Of a stretch of DNA of 50,629 bases, positions 35,993 to 47,150 are shown piece by piece. This DNA is from Coniocarpon cinnabarinum. Lineage: Eukaryota. The stretch spans positions 1 to 50,629 of the forward strand of contig JAVECO010000168.1 in NCBI GenBank assembly GCA_051942205.1, given 5' to 3'. Every line of letters starts with the position of its first letter. Positions within the stretch are counted from its first letter, which is position 1. Made by a program: the position numbers and the translations under genes. The notes beneath the pieces were generated by a model. The model saw only the letters and a list, made by a program, of their open reading frames with translations. It was not told where the DNA came from and ran no database searches.

Positions 35993-36039
35993 CTTCCCCA
36001 ACGGTCATCGCCAGCTAGGCTTCCCCAACGGTCGTCGCC
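35993..36039. repeat. Direct repeat of CTTCCCCAACGGTCRTCGCC with 27-bp spacing
   Basis: Copies start at 35993 and 36020 and match at 19 of 20 positions. Confidence 0.75.
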
Positions 36040-36498
36040 TTCAGGGTGGTGAATGGAAGCTGGGGTTGTGCGATTTCTTCTTTCGCGGATGATACTGAGC
36101 GCTGAGGAAGGACCGCGCCTCGGGCTCCACCTTGTGCCGCGATTTGAGGGGAAAGGAAAATTATACGCATGAGGACAATGATAAGTCTTGGATGCAAGAA
36201 AGCTTGAGCTGTGCAGTTCTATATGGAGGTGCAAAATAAAAAGATTGCTGGAACTATGAATGGATAGAAGGAGAAGTAATGAGATTGAAGGCATAAACTT
36301 GGAAGTTGTAGATGAGGGAGCCTTTGCATGAGACACATGTTTGGATCATCGGCCGAGATGTCATGCTCAAGTCTAGCGATGGAGACTCATACGTTTAGCA
36401 TGTTCCCTGTACTCACGTGAGCGCGCGCGCCCTGAACAAAATCTTGTCAATCTTGCAGCATTCGGGCAAGTGAGGAGGTCACAGGCGGACCGTACCAA

Positions 36499-38499
36499 TT
36501 ATGTGTAAGCAGCCTGGCCGCTGCCCATGGACGCAAGCATTCGATCCACACCCGCCAGGCTCAGGTTGCCCCTGTGCAATTGATCTCGATCACTTCGCTG
36601 AATAGCCAAGTCCTGTTCCGAAGGTTGCGGCGGGCGAGTGAAGAGATTGCCAAGCTGCTCGCTTGGCTTTGGCTGCTGTTTGAAGGGGCACCAAATGACA
36701 AGTCGACGCTCAGCTGAGACGAGGACGTTGCGTGCTAGACTTTGAGAAGGGGCTTGAAAGTCCGATGGGAATTGTGCAATGCTCGTTACCATTTCGCCCA
36801 GTGTCGAGAGGCTGTCCACGCGCTGCAAGGGCGTCGCGCGCAATGTGGCTTGCCCCGAAGCGGCGGCGTTTGCTTTTGCGCCATCTTGAGTGCGCTTCCA
36901 TGATGTGAATAGACGCGGGATCGTGAAGAAATCTTGACCGTAAGAGATGATAACGCTTTCTTCCAGCATGTCATTGTTTGACAATGGTGACAATGAGATC
37001 TTGCCCGTGACGGTGTGCATAGATTTCAAGCCACCGCTTTGCCCGGCGAACAAGCTTTCTTGTCTTGTTTTGCGCGTCTTCGGAGTCATCGGTGCGAGTG
37101 TCGTGGTCCGTGAAGCACTCGCTTTTCTCAGAGATCTAGATTCCATTGCGAAGCTGTCGATTTCATTGTCAGACGCGAGCGCGAGCTTGCCTTCGATCGT
37201 GAGCTGTGTCGACCCCGTGCCCGGTACTGCTCGAGGACCAGACGCTGCGTTCCTGTTCGTAACTTGCGGTCCTGCTCCGGTGTAGTCCCAGATGCCCCAA
37301 CGACCGTCGCCAAGGAGAATCATGATGCATTTCCCGTAGAGCGCCCAAGAGGCATCGAGAAGCTTCACTCTGGAGCCGATCACGCCGCTGTTCGGAGCGT
37401 ATGGGGCGAAGAATGTGGTGAGCAGACGCGTCTCAGCGTCTCGATCGCGCGACGTAGTTTCAAACAGCCGCACTGCTCCACTGTCATCTGTCAATAGAAG
37501 TCTTGAATGACGTCGAGCGGGATATCTGCCTGGGTTGAAGGAAATCCTGACGGGCTTCGCTTGTAGCTTTACAACTTCTGTCGAACATGACCAGTTGCTT
37601 GCTGACAGATCGTCCTGGCCCGCTGCAAATTGAAGGCGAGAGACGACAAGCAGACCGAACGCACCGCATGAATGCGAGGCGATGAGCAGCTGCCAAACCG
37701 CATTCGAGGGCTCGTGCTGGGCGTTTGCATCTTGCATCTTCGTGTCTTCATCACTGGCATCGTAGGTGGCAGAGCTGTTCACATTGGTGTATGAGAAAGC
37801 GACGCCTCGCGGCACGCCGTCGTGTACATCTGCAGCGGTGACCTCCACACGCTGCACGTCGTTGTGATGCTTCTTTCTCCCATGTGCTTTCGTCTTGCGA
37901 TGTGGACTGCTAGGGTCGAGTGGGAGCACAACAAGGTCGACGCCGTTGTCTGAGCAGGCGGCAGCAATGACTATCTGGTCATTAAAGAGGTCTGGGACCG
38001 TTGAATGCTGTGCTGGTTCTGCGGGAAGTGGTGGAACTGCCACGTCGTAGACCGCGCCCTTGAGCTCGATATCATGAGTCGCGATGATAGATTCGAAGGG
38101 CTGTGCGGGATCTTGCTCGTCTTCCTCCTCTTCAAAGGCTTGCTTAGCAGGGGCTGTGTCTTCGTCCGAGTCGATTGTTATCACGTCCGTGCTGCGTGTC
38201 TGATGTGTGACCCTCGGCTGTCGTTGATTGTTCTTGTGTGCTCTGAGTCGTCTGCCGCCTCTCCACAAGAGGGTGAGACCAGCGTCATGGCCATAGACGA
38301 TGATATGGGAGCCATTGGAGGCTCTCACAGGGTAGAGTTGGGCGCAGTAGACGCGGTGTGGGAGGTCGTACCTATTCCATGGTCAATCGCTGTGATGCCG
38401 GCGCAATGATGCACTACTTGACACGTACGATGATCGGATTGCGTCGTCGTGTCGAGACCATCGCGGATGATCAAAGCGATGAGAAGTGGAAGGCGCCAT
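36499..38499 (-). CDS. NUP37: Nucleoporin Nup37-like beta-propeller protein
   Basis: Short exon 1 from ATG 38499 (MAPSTSHRF...), then a phase-2 intron (GTACGT..TAG) to YDLPHRVYCAQLYPVRASNGSHIIVYGHDAGLTLLWRGGR, in frame with the 609-aa ORF. Later motifs LLIASHS and LDASW...LLGDGRWGIWD, recognised from memory of filamentous-fungal Nup37. Confidence 0.8.
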
Positions 38500-38542
38500 T
38501 GGATGAGTGATGAGTGATGACGTTGGCGGAGCTCGAGCTTCA

Positions 38543-38723
38543 ACGCGTCCGCTTGGCTCCGTCGACGCGTCGTTTACAGTCAGGTCAAAGAGGAATGTAA
38601 AGACTCTGCACCTGCAACGCTATCAATCTCGGACCAAGCAATGGTGTAAAGTCGGAAAGATGTCGTCTTGAAAGCGAAGCGAGGACGCGTTCAGTCCAGG
38701 TACGTGTGGAAGAGAAGACGCGT
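38543..38723. promoter_or_regulatory. Four MCB elements (ACGCGT) in the divergent NUP37/APC1 promoter
   Basis: ACGCGT at 38543, 38565, 38685 and 38718 within a ~350-bp intergenic region. Confidence 0.6.
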
Positions 38724-38849
38724 TGAGAGGCAATACGGCGCGCAGTATCAGGTGAATAGATTCGATGCAAGCTCAGTGTTGCATCAAAATCACATGAGAC
38801 TCTTTGCATTAAGAGAAGTTGTCATGCTGGAACTTCACAACTCCATACC

Positions 38850-41800
38850 ATGACCCTTTTGCAATCGCTCGGCAGACACACGCCAGCGGGTCTGGACTTT
38901 CTCCATGCAGAAGGACTGGTCGACAAAGATGCCGAGTCTCCGCAATACAGATGGCTTGTCTATGGCGGAGAACACGGTGGTCAAGCAGAGGAAGAAATTA
39001 TCCACACAGCTGTCTGCGTGGTGTGGTCTCGAGGTGGGATCAACCGCCGGGTGTTCAGATTTGACCATGAGGGTGAGGAGGTACAGCAGGCACTCTTGAC
39101 TTGGTTTCCATCGACGCATGGCTTGTCTTCATCTACCAGCAATCACACACCAGACGTTGCCAAATCTGCAGATACCCAAACGGATCGAGATACTACGCGC
39201 TTGACCGGCTCCACGCCCCAACGGTCACGGGCTTTGGTCGTTTTGCTGCAACATCAAATCCAAATATTTTCTCTCAATGGAGACTCTCATACCGTCAACG
39301 TCCCCTTTGATGTCGACCGCATGTTCTCCGCCCCTCGTGGCTTGCTCATTCAGCGTAAGGTCAGACAAGCAGAGCAACCGTCATCTCCTGACCCCATCTC
39401 TGCTCCTCCCAATTCCTTCTGGTCATCACAAAACCCACCTCTAGACTCACAGCCCCTTGGTGGCGCCCTCTACGACCTACCACGACCAGGCGAGTCTCAT
39501 GCTCCTTCCAGAGGGTCTTTCAGCATCATCTCCGCACCTCGTTCCGCGCCCGCATCTAGAGATCCAGAGCTTCCAACCCTTTTCACCCTAATTGACCCAG
39601 TAGCTGAGCTTGGTCTTGCTGTGGAAGGTATCGAGCCTGCATACACAAAGGCAACAACCCGGCTCGAGCCTCTTGCTCAGGACGAACAAGTTCTTTATGT
39701 AACAGCGTTCAATGAACTTTATGATAATCATGATAACGAGTACGATACACTTATGATAATAGTCACTGCTAATCAGACGAATCAATCCTATTCTATTTGG
39801 CACGCATCGTACGCTAGTGCGGAAGTCTCGACTGGCCGTAATGCTAACGTTGGCGATGCCGCTCAAGCCGCGACCCCGCCACATGTATCTCGACCGAAGA
39901 AACGTCGCTCCTACGCTGCAAGAATGAGCACGGGTGCCGGTACTCCCGCTTTACGGGGAAATGACTTACCCGCTGAGAAATTGCGAGGAAGACCGGCCCT
40001 GTCATCCTTTGACGCGGACAAATCTACAGGGCAAAGACTGTCGGAGTCCTTCATGTTAGACGAAGATTATGAGACCGACTTCCCAAGCCAGGAGGAGTTT
40101 GAGGTAATGTCACGGCCGGGACGCAACACTCGAAGCACACGACGAACGAGCTCCATGCTAGCCAGAGCAGAGCTTTCGAGTCAGGACCAGAACACGTTTA
40201 GTGATATCGCTCGACTTCCACCAGGTGCGGGCAACAGCTTTGGTCGATATAACAGACGACCGCCATCATTTGGGTATGGTAGTCTGAATAAGTCACGTAT
40301 GTCCGGACGGGCGTCAACACCGGGCAGCACCTCATTCCTCAGTGACGTGGATGAATCTGTGAACCAAGATGCGACCGATATCGATGGTATTGAAGAGTTG
40401 CTTGCCTCTGCCAATCTGGAGGCTTCCGATCGTGCTGCGTTTCGGATGACAAGAGGGCTTAAGAAAGAACTAGTGCTGATGCGCGCTCAAAGCATTCCCT
40501 TCCAGAAGCTTGCTGTCGCTGGTGTCAATGCAGTGCCTGCGCCGGATGACGATTGTAAAGTCGTTGTTCTGGGTCCGAATTTGAGTGTTAGCAGACATCA
40601 TCGACCTTCCCTACAAGTATGGTTTTCCCATCCAAGCCAATCAACAGCGACTCAAATCACGATACCTCTCACCCAGGCCACACTCGTGCATGCCAGCAGC
40701 TCTTCTCATAAGAAGATGCTCGTACCTTCGAATGTTTCCACCTTCTACCATTGTCAGGGTATAGATGACATTGCCAGGATCAACGACGTGAACCATGCTC
40801 GTATTGTCGCCCTCGAGAAGGGAGACACGAGACTTTTGCTTCACATTTTGGCCAGCGCTGCAAGCTGGGACACTGTCGGTCAGGGTTCCTCTGCGCATTC
40901 ATCTATAGAGGTGCAAGTCCCTGTCCCACCTACGACCGACTCGAACCAAGCACGCACCACACTGTCTTCTATAAGCCGGGACTCAGGTCACCAGCTGATT
41001 CCACAGGCACCACGCAAGATTCTCAATAGCGGTGTCATTGGTGGTTTCGACATCTTCGCTGGTCCTCAAACACATGATCGACTGCAGCTATGGCTACACC
41101 CTCGCCAGGCCGATAGTAAACACCTGCTGGCCCTTGCCCAGCGAGCGCTTGCAAGCTCACCTCAGGTTGCTGTTGATCTCACTGCAATTTGGCTTAAAGT
41201 TGAGACAATGCAAGATCCCCATCCGTGGCTGACTCAATCAGCTTCAACTATTATCACGTTGTTGGTACTTGTGCTTGGTCTCTCTGGGTCACAACGCAGC
41301 GGCGCACTGCAAAGCATGCAAGATGCAGGCGACTCACTTGCAAAAGGTGACTTGGATGCAGAAGCTCTACTAGACTCTATGAAATGTGATGATACTTGGG
41401 CGTGGTGTGTTGATGAAGTCGCTTCCCTCGACGACAAATTTGATGAGCGGCTAGAAAAGCAATGGCTTGCTTGTATACAACAATCACGGTCCATCCTTTT
41501 GTCAATCACGGAACACGGAGACCCCTTCTGGAAGCCCATATTTCCCAATGACGCACAGCACGATGCGCTATGGCGCGTAATTGCAGCTGTTCACATTTTT
41601 GTTCAGGAAAAGTCTTTGCGCCTGGATCGATCAGGGTCTCTTGAGGAAAGGTTGGCAAGCACACTGTTTTTGCAGTTGGCTCATTGGTTTAATATTGGAC
41701 CAATTTTGCAGAGCTTCGAGCGATCACCTTGTAACGACAATGTCATTGATCGCCAAACGATCTTGAGACTAAGCACACCAGCACAACACAAGCTTTGGCC

Positions 41801-44800
41801 AGATGTCTTCAAGCAGCTTTCGACTATCGACGAGTTATCTGTGCAACAACTTGAATCTTTCCATACTTTGTGGGACTCTGATCGTCATGCCCGCAACGCT
41901 TCGGTATCTGAAAATAAGGCTCAACCTTCTAGAACAATCTTTGACGCACTGCGTTCCACTGTAGAATTGCACTTGCGGCATCATGAAAATCGACACCAGC
42001 CTGCATCTTCCACCATGGATATGACAGCGCATTCTTTATCATACGTCCTCCCCCAGAGCTTGATCAACGTGTACAATGAGTCCAGTGGAACTCGCCAAAG
42101 ACAACCCATGATCTCGTCGAATGAAACCGGGAACCCGATTCGCCGTCCAAGTCTAGCGTCCATTGCTCACACGCGTGTGCGTCCTGCAAAAAGGCAAGGT
42201 GTCGGGCAAAGGCCATTAGCACTTGAGGAACCTCAGGAAACGAAGTTTTCGGAGCACAGCGAACATGGCAATGCTCGATCAGCAGATAGGTTTGATGGCA
42301 GCGGCGAATCCTTGTTACGCCATATCTTCCGCCTAGACAGAAGGTGGGCTGAAGCGGAGAGACTGATAGACCCGGTCAAACCAGCTACAGCGACGTTGCA
42401 TCTGCTGCCAAATCAAAGTGAATCAGCATTCTTGGAGGCACAAAAGGAACTTGCGCAGAAGGTCTATCAGAGAACCATGGCACTACCTTCGGGCCAGGCA
42501 GTCTTGCGCTTTGGCGTCCACCGACCTCATTTGACGGAGAAGATAAAAGTGCATACCTTTAATACGACGTGCAAAATTCAGCCATCGAAGAACAGCGTCA
42601 ATGCTGACAAAAGCAACTTTACAGAGGAAAAGGTGGGATGGGCTTTCTTCCATGCCGGCGTAAACGCAGGTCTGCAGGTTTCGAGAGATACGACTGGCAT
42701 CGACAATTCATGGCTGGTTCTGAACAAACCTAATGACCTGGGCAATCGTCATGCCGGTTTGCTCCTGGGCTTGGGTTTGAACGGCCATTTGAAGAAGATG
42801 GCTCGATGGCTGGCGTTTAAGTATTTGACTTCCAAGCACACAATGACTTCCGTCGGTTTACTACTCGGACTCTCTGCCTCTCATCTGGGCACGCAAGACT
42901 CGCTGGTAACGCGACTGATATCTGTCCATGTCACACGGCTTCTTCCACCCGGTGCAGCACAGCTCAACATCTCGCCTCTGACTCAGACTGCAGGCATCAT
43001 GGGTGTTGGTATGCTGTATTGCAATACTCAACACCGTCGAATGAGCGAAGTAATGCTTTCAGAGCTTGAGTGCGTCGATCTCGAAGAAGAAAATCCTAAC
43101 AGGGAAGAAGTCAAAGACGAATCCTACCGCCTGGCAGCTGGATGCTCCCTAGGTCTCATCAATCTCGGCACTGGAGCTGATCTCCGGCCATTGCACGACA
43201 TGGGCGTTGCATCCAGACTCTTGACAATCATTACAGGCCCAAGACAGATCAAAACAGTTCACATCCTGGACCAAGCAACAGCAGGAGCCACTCTTGCTAT
43301 TGCCATGATCTACATGAAAACACATGATCGTCACGTTGCTGATCGGATCGATCCATTGGACTCGGCTCATCAATTCGAGTCTATGAGACCAGATAGCCTG
43401 CTTCTGCGAACCGTCGCCAAATGGCTCATCCTGTGGAATGACATCGAGCCATCCATCGACTGGTGCAAGCGCAATTGCGGCAACTTACGCTCAAGTAAAA
43501 GCCAGCCCCTCAATAGCGACAATATTCCTCTGTACAACATCCGCGCTGGCCTCTGTTGGGCCGTTGCGCTCAGACACGCTGGCTCGGGTGACCAATCCGC
43601 TATCCACGTCCTCCGTCACTATCTGCACTCGACCAAACGCATGCTCGCTAAATCCACGGGGAAGGCTTTCCGACCATCTTTTGATGAGTCGCTTACTCTC
43701 GACACTCTGCGCCGTTTTGAACAACTCCTTGCTTTGGGCCTCGCTACTATCTGCGCCGGCACAGGTGATCTCGGTGTTCTGCGCGAACTTCGCGCTCTGC
43801 ATGGCGAAGTTGAGAACAAATCCTTTGGATCGCATCAAGCGACACACATTGCAATCGGTCTACTCTTCGTTGGCCACGGCCGATATACCTTTGGCCAGTC
43901 AAACCTCGCCATCGCCGCATTGCTGATTGCTTTCTATCCCATCTTCCCTCGCGATGTGCAAGACAGTCGCGCGCATCTACAGGCGTTGAGACATCTTTGG
44001 GTCTTAGGCGTCGAAGAGCGGTGTCTTACTCCTCGACTCGTCGACACTGGTGCGATTGTAGTGACACCCATTTCCATTCGACTGAAAGCGACGGACGCAT
44101 CAGGGACTGGAGAGATCTTGGAGAAAGAGGCACCGTGCCATATCCCGCCCTTAGACACGATTGCAAGTATCACGACACGCGATCCCGCTTATTATACCAT
44201 CAACCTGGACTTCGAGCGCGATCCTCAGCAGCTCGCTGCATTCCGCAAGAATCAAGCCCTCTTTTTGCAACGTCGACCGCTTAGCCTTCAGTATGACTCT
44301 ACCTTCGGGAGTGAATTTGTACGTCGCGCACTCGATCATGGAGACAAAAGTGAGGCCACGCAGCTGATTGAATGGCTATTCGATCTCTCCGTATTCAAAG
44401 AATTAGGATTCGACGGCGTGACAGACGGGATCGTGAAACTGCCCATCTCGAAGGATGGAGAAACTGAAGGTGTAAATCCACTGGCGATGATAGAGACCCA
44501 ACCGACTTTTATAGACGATGTATTAATGCTCCTAGCAGACGCAAAGGGTAGTCGGGACTGGAACCGTTTGAAATGGCTGCGACGGTTTTTGGAACAAGAA
44601 GCTCACGCGGAGGAGTCTGATGAGCACGATCGTGAGAGCAGGGGAGGTGAAGCAGGAGGTCGTGAGGAAAGAGAGGACAGAAATGGAAACGAGATCAACA
44701 GTGAGTCCAGATCGCACGAAGCGCGGCAGGATCTAGAGCAAGTTGTACAGCAAAGCAAAAGGAAGGAGTGGGTGGCTGTGGTGCAAAATGCAATCGCGGA

Positions 44801-44870
44801 ACGAATGAAAGAGGAGTGTGTTCGAAGCGAGAACGCCGAAGAAAGCGAAGATGTCGAGATGCAAGAATAA
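38850..44870 (+). CDS. APC1: Anaphase-promoting complex subunit 1 (APC1/BimE)
   Basis: Uninterrupted 2006-aa ORF. N-terminal VVWSRGG..RRVFRF..EGE; C-terminal PC-repeat region WAFFHAGVNAGL, HAGLLLGLGLNGHL, TQHRRMSEVML, ESYRLAAG, HLQALRHLWVL. Confidence 0.96.
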   Translation: MTLLQSLGRHTPAGLDFLHAEGLVDKDAESPQYRWLVYGGEHGGQAEEEIIHTAVCVVWSRGGINRRVFRFDHEGEEVQQALLTWFPSTHGLSSSTSNHTPDVAKSADTQTDRDTTRLTGSTPQRSRALVVLLQHQIQIFSLNGDSHTVNVPFDVDRMFSAPRGLLIQRKVRQAEQPSSPDPISAPPNSFWSSQNPPLDSQPLGGALYDLPRPGESHAPSRGSFSIISAPRSAPASRDPELPTLFTLIDPVAELGLAVEGIEPAYTKATTRLEPLAQDEQVLYVTAFNELYDNHDNEYDTLMIIVTANQTNQSYSIWHASYASAEVSTGRNANVGDAAQAATPPHVSRPKKRRSYAARMSTGAGTPALRGNDLPAEKLRGRPALSSFDADKSTGQRLSESFMLDEDYETDFPSQEEFEVMSRPGRNTRSTRRTSSMLARAELSSQDQNTFSDIARLPPGAGNSFGRYNRRPPSFGYGSLNKSRMSGRASTPGSTSFLSDVDESVNQDATDIDGIEELLASANLEASDRAAFRMTRGLKKELVLMRAQSIPFQKLAVAGVNAVPAPDDDCKVVVLGPNLSVSRHHRPSLQVWFSHPSQSTATQITIPLTQATLVHASSSSHKKMLVPSNVSTFYHCQGIDDIARINDVNHARIVALEKGDTRLLLHILASAASWDTVGQGSSAHSSIEVQVPVPPTTDSNQARTTLSSISRDSGHQLIPQAPRKILNSGVIGGFDIFAGPQTHDRLQLWLHPRQADSKHLLALAQRALASSPQVAVDLTAIWLKVETMQDPHPWLTQSASTIITLLVLVLGLSGSQRSGALQSMQDAGDSLAKGDLDAEALLDSMKCDDTWAWCVDEVASLDDKFDERLEKQWLACIQQSRSILLSITEHGDPFWKPIFPNDAQHDALWRVIAAVHIFVQEKSLRLDRSGSLEERLASTLFLQLAHWFNIGPILQSFERSPCNDNVIDRQTILRLSTPAQHKLWPDVFKQLSTIDELSVQQLESFHTLWDSDRHARNASVSENKAQPSRTIFDALRSTVELHLRHHENRHQPASSTMDMTAHSLSYVLPQSLINVYNESSGTRQRQPMISSNETGNPIRRPSLASIAHTRVRPAKRQGVGQRPLALEEPQETKFSEHSEHGNARSADRFDGSGESLLRHIFRLDRRWAEAERLIDPVKPATATLHLLPNQSESAFLEAQKELAQKVYQRTMALPSGQAVLRFGVHRPHLTEKIKVHTFNTTCKIQPSKNSVNADKSNFTEEKVGWAFFHAGVNAGLQVSRDTTGIDNSWLVLNKPNDLGNRHAGLLLGLGLNGHLKKMARWLAFKYLTSKHTMTSVGLLLGLSASHLGTQDSLVTRLISVHVTRLLPPGAAQLNISPLTQTAGIMGVGMLYCNTQHRRMSEVMLSELECVDLEEENPNREEVKDESYRLAAGCSLGLINLGTGADLRPLHDMGVASRLLTIITGPRQIKTVHILDQATAGATLAIAMIYMKTHDRHVADRIDPLDSAHQFESMRPDSLLLRTVAKWLILWNDIEPSIDWCKRNCGNLRSSKSQPLNSDNIPLYNIRAGLCWAVALRHAGSGDQSAIHVLRHYLHSTKRMLAKSTGKAFRPSFDESLTLDTLRRFEQLLALGLATICAGTGDLGVLRELRALHGEVENKSFGSHQATHIAIGLLFVGHGRYTFGQSNLAIAALLIAFYPIFPRDVQDSRAHLQALRHLWVLGVEERCLTPRLVDTGAIVVTPISIRLKATDASGTGEILEKEAPCHIPPLDTIASITTRDPAYYTINLDFERDPQQLAAFRKNQALFLQRRPLSLQYDSTFGSEFVRRALDHGDKSEATQLIEWLFDLSVFKELGFDGVTDGIVKLPISKDGETEGVNPLAMIETQPTFIDDVLMLLADAKGSRDWNRLKWLRRFLEQEAHAEESDEHDRESRGGEAGGREEREDRNGNEINSESRSHEARQDLEQVVQQSKRKEWVAVVQNAIAERMKEECVRSENAEESEDVEMQE

Positions 44871-46084
44871 CTGCTCTGAAAATAGAAGGCTCCAAATTTT
44901 GACCGTCTTTCAAACCCTGTTTTCGAAGAGAAGCGTACAGCGTTTGATTGGACGTTGAGAAATAGCGCGACGCCTTGATGATGTCGATGCCGAGTGTTCC
45001 GAGAGGACTGAAGCTTCTACAGACCTGCACAGTGTTTTTGCGATTTCACGATTTGACGATGCTTCACTGCCACTGATTCTTTATTCCACAACGGTGCGGT
45101 TCCGTTTCTGCACTTTTCGGCGGAAGCGGGTTTCGTAATCTGTGACTTCTTGATATCTTCATCCGGCCACATTTCAGGCTTGTGAGCGTTACCTCTACAT
45201 TTTCTGGGCTCTGCCATTTAACAACTGTAAAGTTTTCTGATCTCACGATTGAACAATGTTCTCAATTCGACGCTTTCCCAGTCTGCTCATTGATCGATTT
45301 CATGTTTTCTTGTCCCTTCGATCTCTGCGTGTAGACTTTTGATGCTGTTTTGAGATTTTACATTGTTCGCTACTGTCGAATCTCATGGTTGGTGACTTAA
45401 TTCTTTGTAGTGCCTCTTTTGCGCCCATGCGGCTCGAGCAATAAACTCAGCAATTCGTATCTTGACAACCTGGAAAGTCACACTCGCATAGCTTGATGAT
45501 ACTACAATCTCTCCATCTCTCAACGCGCGACATTCTCAACTCCCTTGTATTTCTTTTGTACGATATCACTTTGTGCTATGATTACCATTCACAGTAACGG
45601 ATTCATCGATTGGAATTCTCGTCATTGTAGCCGTGGATGTTTACGACTCCCAAAGAAGGAGATTGAATCGCTGTGAGCAAACTCACATGAGTTGCTGCGT
45701 TAACGAACAACAGTACAATTTGCAACAACTGTGCTTCTTCGTAAGTCAGCTTGAGATGGTCTATGCGCCCACAATATGCAAGCCATGGAGTCTCCGTGGT
45801 ATTCTCGTCCTCCTCTCGGGCCTTCCTCAGCCACCGCCTCCACCACCCACTATCCTCAGGAAGTGTCACACGAAAAGCCATTATCTCCGTCCATCGAACT
45901 GTATTAAATTTACACCCTTAACTTTGTTGCAATCAAAGCCATTCCGCTTTCCGTGTGTTTTTGGTCAACAGCACGTCCTCGGCCTGTCTGGCAGGAGGGT
46001 CGGGCTTCAAGTGGGGCTCTTCTTTCGTGGCTGCTTGGATGGTTGGTTATTTGGATATTTAAATGCGGTCTTAATGTACCGTTT

Positions 46085-46540
46085 TTGGTGGATGGGCGTT
46101 AAGTACATGTGCATGTGTTGAGTATAGTTTTTAGTATATACGGTTAGTGGTTGTACGTGAGGCATTTGGTGGATGGGCGTTTGGTGGACGGGCGTTTGGT
46201 GGATTGGTGTTTAGTGAATGTGTATCTTGTGAATGGGTATTTGATGCATATGTGTTTATTAAACGTGTAATCTTTGAACAGGTGCTTCATAACTGTATAT
46301 CTCGTGAATTTGTAACTGATGAATGTGTATTTCGTAGATGGGTATTGGAGAAAGTGCTTTTGATCAACGAGAGTTTAGTAAACTTGCTTTTGGTAGTTGC
46401 GCGTTTCGTGAATGTGCTTTGATTAAATGGACTTTTGCTGAATTAAGCGTTTGGCATGCGCGTTGCTTGATCACACGTCTAACTTTTTGCTTTCAGTAGA
46501 TGTGCGCGTGATGTATGTGCTCTTGGTGCGTGGGCTCTCG
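46085..46540. repeat. Degenerate 15-bp tandem repeat (pentapeptide periodicity)
   Basis: Consecutive 15-mers from 46171: ggatgggcgtttggt, ggacgggcgtttggt, ggattggtgtttagt, gaatgtgtatcttgt, gaatgggtatttgat ... gaatgtgtatttcgt. The boundaries are approximate. Confidence 0.7.
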
Positions 46541-46907
46541 TAAGATCTTTGTACAACGTTACCCTTGCCCAACAATACCCTCCAGAGTACACGAAAGGTT
46601 AGTCACAGGAGTGCGTCTCGAGAAATGCGGAGAAGCAGTGTGGAAGACAATATGATCCGATTGAACACGAGGACTTGGGCTATCCTAAATCACAAATGCT
46701 GTCGATGTTGTTGTGGAAAGTCATTGGCAAAGCACAAGATCACTTGACTTGGGGGCGGGAGTCCCTAATGATGACACAAGGAACAGTAACGATTGACAAC
46801 GCTTCTGACAAGAAGCCTACCTAGCTATGGGAGCTGAGACGTCCAGCATCGCGCAGTATCTCCCAAGCTTCCCTCTTGCTTCCATCCCTCTCACTGAGAC
46901 GGCGTCA

Positions 46908-47150
46908 CTACTGTGATATCGCAGTGGTTCTGTTCTTGTCGATCCAGTTAGACGCATTCTGCTTGCGCGTAGCCGCATCCGCGTGCCAAATCGAGCCGTG
47001 GTGCCTCGCCTTGTCGCCGAAGAAAAACTTGCGCATTTTACCGATATGCTCGTCCGAGATACTTGCGCCGGCCGCGTTCTTGTCGGCGGCTGCCTGCTTG
47101 AGGGATTCTGTCGATTGGACGACTTGGGCGTCGTTGTTGTGGTCGGCCAT
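46908..47150 (-). CDS. Small hypothetical protein (80 aa)
   Basis: ATG in good context (acaATGG), GC-rich coding-like codons, TATTTAAA ~140 bp upstream on the minus strand, and a CA-rich 5' leader. No recognised domain. Confidence 0.55.
   Translation of the reverse strand: MADHNNDAQVVQSTESLKQAAADKNAAGASISDEHIGKMRKFFFGDKARHHGSIWHADAATRKQNASNWIDKNRTTAISQ

Noticed and set aside
35893..36336. ORFs containing the 27-bp duplication (GDDRWGSL x2)
   Set aside because: Explained by a small local duplication; two units only, so not CRISPR-like, and no coding support.
8509..44870. Numerous antisense or alternate-frame ORFs overlapping RPD3, kinesin, esterase, NUP37 and APC1
   Set aside because: Shadow ORFs of GC-balanced coding sequence.
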